Positions 54,099 through 64,000 of a stretch of 64,000 nucleotides of DNA are shown here, piece by piece. The first letter of the stretch is position 1, and each line of letters opens with the position of its first letter. Origin of the DNA: Marsupella aquatica (lineage: Eukaryota > Plantae > Marchantiophyta); contig OZ316891.1 in NCBI GenBank assembly GCA_973895155.1, positions 15,531,037-15,595,036 of the forward strand. Direction: 5' to 3'. The notes under the pieces are model-generated. The model searched no databases and was not told the origin of the DNA. It was given only the letters and a program-made list of their open reading frames with translations. A program made the translations under genes and the position numbers.

Positions 54099-54869
54099 TT
54101 ACAAACTCCCATGGGAAGCTCCTTCCAAAATACCTGGAAGATGTTTACCCACATCAGCACTGTTGATCATAAACAAGAACTATTAGTTATCCAAAAAGGA
54201 CAAAACATGACTATTTGTGTTTGAGACAAGACAAAGAAAATAACTAGACCCCGTCATTGTAGAAACAATGGAAACTGGAAAATAACACTTCGAATAAACA
54301 AAGACATGGGTAGAAAGGGGTAAAAGAGAATAACCTTTGGATGGGTTGTGATTGACATATCAGTGTTTTCAAGCAATTTTTTTGAAATTTTTATTTAATT
54401 GACAATTATTTGAAATAACCATGGATAGAAGGAAACTCTCCAGATTCTGTAACATTTATTACCATGGTAATGTAAGAAACTCTTTGGCTACTATGGACAG
54501 AGGAATACCAAAGGCACGTGAGAAACCCTTTGGTTACTATGGAGAAAGTATTACCAAAGGAACGTAAGAAACACTTTGATTTCTATAACGTTTTTGCATG
54601 AATTGTATGAAATGCTACATGAATTGCATAAACATATTAGTTCCAAGGGAATGTTCTGAAAGGACTCATACCATGAATAATCTCCTCTTTGTCTTCAATG
54701 AAATTGAAAGTGTTCTAACTACCTTAACACCCACTTCATTCACCATCCTCCATTTAATCTTTCTCATCTTCAAAGTCAAACCAATATGGAACCTTTCATT
54801 GCTCCAACTTGTTGAAGAACATCAAGCTTACATAACCAAGCTGGTAACCAAGGGGTCCTCAAACTAATT
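54099..54869 (+). mobile_element. Non-autonomous subTIR/TT element, family C
   Basis: TT-AC-AAACTCCCATGG (degenerate subTIR) ... CCAAGGGGTCC-TCAAACTAA-TT. Internal ~50-bp tandem repeats at 54420-54580. Confidence 0.65.
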
Positions 54870-55070
54870 TATTTCTTCTTCACTAGCCTCTACAAAGTTG
54901 TGGTCATGGCATATGATCAATGTCTCTGGCCTAAAAGGTGTGGACTATGAATTTGGTAGTCCATAACTTTTTCTGTCCCTAATTTTAACTATTACTTAAT
55001 GTCCATCAAATTTTGATGTTTGAGACCCCTACTGAAGGTATGGATTATGAATTTGGTATGCTATAACTTT

Positions 55071-55908
55071 TTACGGACCCCACTAGAGGTCCTTTCCAAA
55101 ATTCCTGGCACCACAGCGTGCCACGTCAACAACAACCGCAACAAACAAGACTTGTCGGTTTTGTGAATCAAACTTATAGTTTTCATTCGTGTTTGTGTCA
55201 ATTTGGGTGTAAATTTTGGGACGCCGTGCCATAAAAAGAAAAGTAAAAACATTGGAAATGCAAAGAGCAAGACGGTTAAAACTATCACTATGTAACCGTT
55301 TTAGTTAAATTTCCAATTTTAAAACTTAAATTCAAAGATTTATAAAAAGTATTTTTCATATAATAAATAACGACTAATAACTAACTTGATAACTTCCTTG
55401 TTAAACCGCAACTCCCGGTATGTAAAGACCTCTTGTATTGTACGGCCATTAATGCTGGGAAGAGCACATAGAAACCCAGGATCGGGGAGGAGGAATGGCT
55501 GGAATCTTGAAAGTTCATCGAATTCTATACTCAAAACTATTTACTCATTCTCAAAACAAAAAATACCCAGTCGTAGATCTCATTGAGATCTTTCTTTTGC
55601 ACCCTAGATCGCCTTCTAACATGGATGAATAAGATTTCTAGAGGCATTACAAAATGGACGGCAAAGATCATAAAATCAACAAAATCGACGACTAGGAAGG
55701 CTTGGATTTGTTTAATTTTTCATTTGAAAAATATTAACCCATTTGCAAAACGGACAGAACCCATCCATAGATCTATTTGAGATCTTTCTTTTGAGCCATA
55801 GATTGGCCATTATGATGGACGGACGAGATTTCCGGAGATAAGAAATGAAGACGACTCAGATCGACTCTTCCCCCTGATTTTATTAGCCTAGGGGTCCACG
55901 AACTAATT
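55071..55908 (+). mobile_element. Non-autonomous subTIR/TT element, family B copy 2
   Basis: TT-AC-GGACCCCACTAG ... CTAGGGGTCC-ACGAACTAA-TT. It interrupts one unit of a ~100-bp tandem duplication whose other unit shows the empty site. Confidence 0.85.
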
Positions 55909-57247
55909 CTGTTCTTAATTTTAACTCCTACTTAATGTCCACCAAATTTTGAGGTTTGAGACCCCTACTAGACAGTGGTGTAGTGGTCATCAAGCTTCCC
56001 TCACTATCCAAAGTGGTCCCCACTTGGCAGATCAGACGGTGATTCTACGGTGTAGTCAGAGTAGACAGGATCCTAAGGTGAATGTTCTACAGGTTGGGTG
56101 CGATTTAGATTAAAGTATTGTGTCATATAGATGGGTGGCTTAGTTAGTTTGCCTAAAAGAGTGTTAGTCTATATACATTTTTTAATTTAAATTTTTTCGC
56201 TTTGAAAGCCAAAAGCAAGCACATTTAACAGAGATAGACATCCTGCTATGGAGCATACCATTTTTTGTAGGGTAATCACAAGGGGATAGTACCCAAGAGA
56301 CCCAGACTAGGAGGAAGAGAGGGTTAAACCAGGGCCCCAAAGCAGGTCAGCCAGGGCCTCAGGAGATAACCAACACACTCTCACCATTAGACCCAACCCA
56401 ACTGGGACCTTTTTGTTTCTGGGACCTTTTTGCTCCAGGCTCATCCCCTGGCCAAGTGACCAAAGCGTTAGGATATTGAAGAAAATCCTCGCGGGCGATT
56501 AAGTCCAAAACTTCAAGAGAAATGACTGTTCATAGAGCGAGCAGACGGTGATCATGTAAACGTATGCCTTCTGGTAGTTGCGCTCTTCGTTCATCGTCGC
56601 CTCCATTGTCTTCTTCCTAATGACTTCCTTGTATGGTCAGCGGTTTTGTTGATTCAATCCCTGCTATGCTCTGCCTTTTGCTCTATCCTCGCCTCTGCTT
56701 CATCAATCCGTCCGCCCCGGATTGCAAGCTCCGGTCTCGCATAAGTGCTTCCCCTCTCCGGCGCGGGAAGCAGCCTTGCTCGTGCTCCCTTTTGGCCGTC
56801 AGAGCAACCTGAACGGTGGCTGGTGTTTACGAGTCCGATATTTGCGGGCTCGGATCCGTGGATTCGTTCGGGTCGGAGCGAAGCGATGGTCCTAGGATGG
56901 AAGAAGAAGGTTTGATGGGTCTCGCAGGCATACGAATTCTGATTGGGTAGGTTGATATGCAATGGTGGGCTCCCAGGTGTTTGGGCTGTTAGGGTTAGCG
57001 GTTGTGCGCTGGATTTTCCTGACGCTAGTGTTTTATCATCGAAGATCTTGACTGTGACATTTTCACGTTGTCGGGTCTTCCTTTCGAGATGATCGTGTAG
57101 GAGCGGAGGACCGAAGGACGAAGCGGAGACTGGGGAGAGGATGGGCTAGGATTCTGGTTCGCGCCGCAGATTGGCGTCAGGGCAGGGTGAATGGTGATTG
57201 TTGTGAGTCACGGGGTGATTTTCTGTGGGCGGTAATGGTGAAGTACA

Positions 57248-57269
57248 CATCATCATCATCATCATCATC
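57248..57269. repeat. (CAT)n microsatellite in the 5' leader region
   Basis: Seen directly. Confidence 0.9.
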
Positions 57270-57544
57270 AAATGGTGTCGAGGGACTGGCAGTAAAGCGG
57301 AGCTCGATTTTGCTGCGAGGATTCCATTCAAAGGGAAATTGGGGCAGAGAACTGGATTCGTCCACGCGGGTGTGGGCGCACAGAATAAGAGGATGTCATG
57401 ATTTAACAGAACAACTGTTGCGAGCAGACATCATGCCCTCTGCCTGGCATTCGGAAGTTTGCATCATTTAATTTTCCGTCGGAAGGGCTTTGGTTGTGAA
57501 ATCAGCACTTTGAGCGCAAGGAAGGGTTGTTGTTGGTAGTAGCA

Positions 57545-59606
57545 ATGGGGAAGAACCAAGCATATAAGGCGATGCAGAGGGCCAAGATGTCGTCTCACAC
57601 CGCCGCAGGCGGTCCTGATGAAATTGACGATGGCATGGTGTGTGTCCTTCCTTCTTCTATGACGAAAGTTTCTTCCTTGTTTTGAACGATGCAGACGTTT
57701 TCGAATCCTACGGGTCTTAAGAATTCGCTGTTGGTTAGTTTCAAAGCTTCGAAACGGTCATTAACGGATTCTAGCTGGGCTTTCGTGCCATCGTGGATGT
57801 ACTTGTCCTGGAAGAAATTGTGCAGTATCACTTGTAGTGGCTCCAATTCTAAGCCTAAATTTTAATTCAAGCTGACTGACTGGTTTTCGTATCCATTGAA
57901 TCTTCAATATGGGTGTCGAATAAAAGGATATCCTTCTGAACAGATTTGAAGCAGAACCGCAAAGGACGTTAATAACTTAATGTATGCAAACTTAGCTTAT
58001 CAAGTGGTATTCCATGAACGGGTAACTGCTGGGAAAGCCTCAGATGGCTGTGGTAGAATCAACTGGCTTGTGCACAGTTGCGTTAGCGTCTTCGTCCTTG
58101 TACTTCTGTTTTTGCTGGTTTCTTTTGTGTCATCTAGAAAGAATATTGCTGTAAAGGTTAGGTTCAGCGAAAGACAAAGGATGGTTGTGTCTACTGCTCT
58201 CAATGGTTCTCGAACAGCTACTGACAAAGGCAGTCGCAGATGGACGGATCTTTCCATTCACCAGAGTGGCATGCAGCACGCTTGGCGAGTCTTCAGACCT
58301 CACATACAGTCACGTGGGAAGAATGGAAGCAGAAGCAAAAGGTTTGCAATCCTTTATTTTTGCATTACTCAGCTGAGCTCAACTGGTTAGGTTCCTGACT
58401 GTTCTGTAATGAATGGTGTCTGGCTTTAAAATGTTGTCAAGTTCAGGCTTTGATGTGCTCACGTTCTGGTAGTTTTGTACAAGACTTTTAACTTTTCCTG
58501 CAGCATCGGCGTTGTCTTGACCAATGATCGTTCTGCCTTCCAGGAGGAGGCAAAAAGGCAGGGGGAGCTTGAGGATGATGAAGCTCGACTAATGCGTGAA
58601 TATAGAGCCCAGCTAGATGCAGAGCGTGCACGGAAACTCGCCCGTGGGAAAAATCATGTAGACAAAAGAAAAGAATTGAAAAAAGGTACGTAGCCTTCAA
58701 CCGTGGTGGTTATCCGATAGTGAGATTGGAAATCCCGTAGCTTTAATCAGATTGTTTCTACCCGTAGTTCTTGTGAAATCTCAATTTGTCGTCCACTTTG
58801 GGTCAATCATCCTAGCTTAGCAAGTATATGGCTGGGCATACCACTTACATGGAAACTGAGCAATTTTGTGTTCCCAGAGAAGGAGAAGAGGGAAAAGGAG
58901 AAGGAGAGGAGTCGAAGTAGCAAAAAGCGAAAGGTACGGAAAATTCAGAAATTAATTTTTATCCATGTTTTCTCGATGTGAATCAGGCTTTGATCAGCTT
59001 TACACTTTCTTACGCTGCCTTTGAACTTTTGCACTTGCTCTATGTTTGCTGTTTGTCATATCATTGGTGCTGGATTACGAAAACAAAGTTGGTTCAGGTA
59101 CTCTAACCAGAGTGAAGAGAGGTTCCTGTGCTTGTGCATCTTTGCATTGTATGGTCACATTGTTACAATTGTGCAGGGGTGCTACCAATTCCTGTTACCT
59201 GTTTTGGATTGACACGAGCCGTTTCATGTATGAGATTAAATTTCATTTCTATGAACTGAAAGGGTTAAACTAACTGATAGGCATTCACAGTTATTTGACA
59301 AGCATTACTTTTCGGTGGGAGGATGGGGAGTTAGCTTGAGGTTTGCCTTACCCAGACTTGGTCTGCCTGTAGAAATCATCCAAGAGACGACGAGGCAAAA
59401 GTGACTCAGAGTCCGAGTCCGAAATTTCAAGTAGTGAAGACGACGAGCGTGATTACAGGAAAGAAAGGAAGAAGTCAAAGAAAGATAAAAAGGACAAAAA
59501 GCACAAGGTAAGTGGAAAACGACGGACTTCTAGTGGTGAGGGCACTAGCGATGAAGCACAAGATGGGCCTCTCCCCCTTTCCCACTTCTTTGAAAATGAA
59601 AAATAG
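57545..59606 (+). CDS. Conserved plant K/R/S-rich nuclear protein (FAM133-like), 5 exons
   Basis: Exons 57545-57637, 58240-58341, 58544-58685, 58878-58933 and 59373-59606 give MGKNQAYKAMQR...DGSFHSPEWHAARLASL...TWEEWKQKQK...MREYRAQLDAER...GPLPLSHFF. All junctions are GT-AG and in frame. The family name is from recall. Confidence 0.88.
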
Positions 59607-62600
59607 AGGCTTTTGGTCTGGATTGTCTACCTAAATCTCACATGGGGAACCCTTGGTCTGCCTAAGCAGTCCTTACATTTAAACGCACGGAAAGGAGATA
59701 AATTGTTCGAGAGACCTGTTAATCATTGCAGTCCAGAAAGGTACTGACATGATGACTTATTTGCTCCATGCTAAAAGAAAGTTAGTGGTCTGAAGAACCT
59801 GTTGGTCATTGCAGACAAGAGAGTAGCGCAAGATCTCTCATGGCTGAGCTTGCAATGTTGACTGTTATCACCTATGGCCTAAACATGTTATTTCAGACAC
59901 GGTAGGTGCATTTGCCTACTTTTGCTGGCTAGAGTAGAGCAGATTAGTAATTTGGAAGAGCAATGACGCTTTTTGGGAGGCGAAGTTGTCACCGGAGTGG
60001 AAAGTTATGTAGACTACCAGAATCGAGAAGTGTGATGCGAAAGTGAAAGCTTTGTCGTGACATCAATGGAAATGACAATCTGTGAACTCAAGGTGAGCTT
60101 TGTTCTCTGCAATGTGTGCAAGTCATATGTCCGATAAGATAGTTATTCCTGGTGATTGGTTTATGGCGGTAGCACTGCGCTGGGACAGTATTTCTCTTCA
60201 TTTTTAAAGGCAAGCGAAAGTTCCAACTGGGAAAAAATACATTATTCTGGTTGAAATTTATGACTGGCGTATTCTTCTCGCTTCAGACCGAAGACGCTTG
60301 TGTGAATTCAATAAACTTTGATTTACTGATCTTCTCCTCTCTGCATGGTATGCGACCAGAACCAGAAACGATTTAAGCGATGCGCATTGTTGTACAGAAT
60401 CTGTAAGAATGCATTGAACGACCCAGGTTTTGTGCTCATGTTGTTGACATTTGGGGTCTACCGCTTGACGGTATCTTAATGCAGCAAGTCACATACTTCA
60501 GTGTAGCTTGGGCTCCTCTGCCAAGGTGGTTGTCAACTTGCTACCTTGGTAGTAAATATCGCCAGCAGTCAAGATACGGCTGCTGCGGATAGAGTTTGGG
60601 TTCAGCAAAAAAGATGATCGGTGAGAAATGCAGGAGAGTACTTGTCAACTGGACTGTGTCATGAATGTGCAAATTGGAAATCCTGTTTTATTCGTCTAGT
60701 AACTACAACCCAAGCAGGGTTCCTGGTTCTCTAGTCAAGGTGGCAACGGAGGATTGCAGTCAAGCCCAGGATTAGAAGATGGCTCGAGTCGTGCTTCAGT
60801 GAACAGCTCAATTGGGTCTGAATTTTGTCAGATGTTTGATGGGATTTCTTAGAGGAGCCTTGAAGAAACGAGGACACAACCATGAAACAATATCAAGACT
60901 CTCTGCTGCATGGAAGAAAACTGCACTAACATCTATACCGATTTGCGCACCCGCAGGAGACGACACCAGGATAGTCTTTCGTAGATGGGACTGTTGTAAG
61001 GTAATATCGGAATATGTATTTAAATCATGGGAAATTTTACGTGAATTCCTGCTGATACTTGAACTGCCAATGGTGACAATGGCCCAGGTGTTGGTTTTGT
61101 CGTCGGCTGAAGTCTTGATCGGTGCCGCTCCCTAGAAATACGAGCTTACGATACATATGCCATAGTTTTCAGTTGCTCCTGGTTTGTATTTCACTATGGT
61201 AATTACTCTTGGAATGTGACTAGCTCTGCTGTGGAGGTATGGGAGGCTGGATTGTCATCTTCGCTTGACCACTTCTGTATTTTATTGCATACTTGTTAAC
61301 CATGCCCTTGGTGAAGCTGGAATTGGTGCTAAATGTGGGCAGTAATACAGCAAGGACCTTAGTTGCGGAGCTTGCAGTTTGGGAGCCGGCTTTTTACGTC
61401 AATTTTTGTTGAATCCTATACCTATAATTAGATAGGACATTTATAAAAGATGGCCATGATCAAGCCACATCACTCCCTCTAAAGCTGGTTGGATCTTTGT
61501 CTATTAAGTTGAAGTCAGCAGAGCATGAGTAAGTATAATAAAGATCAAAATAGGGTGAGGACCAAAGAATGGGAATGATATGGTCAATGCATTGGTTGCC
61601 ACATAACCAAGAGCTCCTGGGCATTTCTCGGCTTCTCATTTGGCTCCCGGAGAACAGAGGATAATTTTGTGCTCAGCTGGGCTCCGTCAGAGCAGAGGAC
61701 AACTGTCGTGCCGCACACTGGTGGTATTAATTATGAACTGCTGTTCTCAGCAGGGCTCCGTTAGAACAGAGGACAACTACACAGAGCACGGGTTATGAGC
61801 TAGTAGAATGTACATTGAATTTGCTACTCTTGCAGGTGGTTAGTATCTATAGTTGTAATGCTATCTTTACACCACCTCTCAAGTCTGAGCCTTCATCGAA
61901 GCTTTTAAACAATTTGAGGAAGTCTCCGGGCAATGTCCCTCGGGACGTTTCTTTCAACTTGTTTCTCCAAACTAAGGTTATTAGCACTGCTCTGATAGAA
62001 AGGTAAGAGTTGTTTCATGGGCGAACTTTCTACAGGAAACTATATGGAGGCAAAGGTAGTGCAGACCCCCAGATGTGCTTTGGAAGACATCCCTTCAAAA
62101 CTGCCGGGGAAATGTTAAATAAATTGATGGCGTCGATCTCCATCCCCCAGCTACAGTGATGAATTATTGGTGTGTGTCGGATCGTTCACTGGAAGAAATG
62201 AATCACTAACAAGTAGAAGGGTTCTCTAACTCCCTGGTTAGGTATGAAACCACCAATTGTTTATCGATACTATTAACGTTACTGGGGAAGTAATAAAACA
62301 AGACGCTGCTGCAGGTCTCATTGTAGACCCTAGATCGGCTGCTATTTTCACAACTGAGCAGGAGCTAGAGCTTGTTGCAGCGAATATAATTGACTCTGCA
62401 ACTCATGTGAATGGTCATCTTTTACTGATGGTCTAGGTTCTTCAAAAGAGCTTGTATGGAGTTATACAGTTGCATGAATAGAGAATTTTGGAATATATTT
62501 AACTTGTAAAAGTCACCTTCCGTGAAATTCAGGCTGAGAAGTGACAACAATCACCGAGTAATCAGAAACACTGCCAGAGCCCATATCAGGGTTATCTTTT

Positions 62601-63267
62601 CATGAAAGACGTTCAGATTTACGACAACTTAGTTGTCAATGTGTATATGGAGAATTACTCAAGTTGTCGCCTCCCGAATTTGCCTGTAATTTTTGCCTTT
62701 GGCCAAAGAAATCTTGTGCTACAGACGGGGTCTGGGACACTCGCAAAATTACGGAATCAATATGACAAGGAAGCACAGCAGAGCAGTGTGTGGATACTTC
62801 CAACGCGACCAACAGTTAGTTGTGCATCAGATATCAGTCGAATGTTTTTGCTTAGATGATTATACAAGGTAGGGTCATCAGTAACTGGTCACAAAGTCGC
62901 TACGACATATCTCATGAACTACAAATGGAGGCTGCCACAACGTGTTTGCAGTCAGAGTACTCTCTATTGCAGGCGAGGACCGACCCGGGGCCTACCACTC
63001 AGCCAACTTTGTTTCAGAATCTTATTCCGTGTCCTGCTAAAAGTTCTGGAATAAGGAGTACCGAACACTGGAAATCAATTACGGGGGTGAGTCTTGCACG
63101 ATTCTCATCACGGACAACATTTTGTGTCATGACATGTGGAAGTTTTATTGGATGAATATCGTAGACAGAAGAGTACGTGGTCTACTTTATGTTATGACGA
63201 ATCATGGCCTGCCACCAAAAGGGAAGCGACAGCACCATTTTCGCAAAGAGAATCCATGACACAAACC

Positions 63268-63575
63268 ACCAGGCAGCACCCAGTAACCAACATACCTTTT
63301 CTTTCATATTTTATAACCACAAGCCTGAATTCTCATTCTTTGAATGTTAATAGTCTTGTTTCATATTTTGTAACCACAAGCATTAATGCTCATTCTTTGA
63401 ATGTTATTGAAATGATGACAAAATAATCTTGCATGATCATCACTTTGATACATGTTATATCTCATTTTCTTCATCCACGGAAATTTTGGTGGGGCCCTAG
63501 AGTCAAGGTCTAAAGACTTCACTCAAGAAACCTAGACCCCAACTCCTAATTTTTCATTGCAATTAGTTATATAGA
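63268..63575 (-). mobile_element. Non-autonomous Helitron, same family as 53098-53370
   Basis: The minus strand starts A^TCTATATAA. It shares cattctttgaatgttaatag and gtcta.ag.cttcactc blocks with the other copies. The 3' end (CTGG at ~63268) is tentative. Confidence 0.55.
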
Positions 63576-64000
63576 TTCCAAATAAAGACATCCACAATGC
63601 TTTTTGTGATGGTAACATGATCCTTTAATAGTCACGCATAAATGGACATCCTGTAAGAGGCTTTGAAAATCATTGCAAAGCCATGCGATGGCAAAGCGAT
63701 CAGAATTTTGCCAAGAATTGTAGTCATGCAGTAGACCCTCCGTCATGGTCAAAACAATGTTCTGTTGCCTCTAGGAATGCCCACATGCTTGGGCAATTTG
63801 GAACTGGATCAAAACACTACTCTGCATCATGATGGTTGTCACCTCCAAGGTCCGATCAATTTGACTTTGCATCAGCTTTGTTCGGTGCCCCAATTGAATG
63901 TCAGCTCTTCTACAAAAAAACTGGATTATCCAGTTCAAGACACCAACATGAGGAAGGCCCTAACCAAGGGACATTAAAAAATAAGGTTGAGGATCCCTTG

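Noticed and set aside
61637-61778. 37-bp direct repeats with a 37-bp spacer and weak hairpin, resembling a CRISPR array
   Set aside because: Only two good copies plus one partial, in plant nuclear DNA with no cas genes. Best explained as a local duplication.

Overview
Eukaryotic land-plant genomic DNA. A bryophyte, probably a liverwort, is my inference from gene style and TE content. Five spliced host genes can be reconstructed: mitochondrial phosphate carrier (MPT1/PHT3;3-type), pseudouridine kinase (PfkB family, with an N-terminal PTS2), an Alba protein, a GT14/DUF266 glycosyltransferase and a FAM133-like K/R/S-rich protein. They are separated by nested transposon blocks: a decayed PIF/Harbinger element carrying a young full-length Ty1/Copia, a 5'-truncated LINE carrying a solo LTR and a MITE, other LTR relics of the same Copia group, and small Helitrons. 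The most notable unexplained structure is a set of 5 complete and 1 partial non-coding elements from at least 3 divergent families. All share the architecture TT-2nt-GGACCCC ... GGGGTCC-9nt-TT and insert in TT sites, which resembles HUH rolling-circle (Replitron/Helentron-like) non-autonomous transposons. All coordinates and identities were read by eye.
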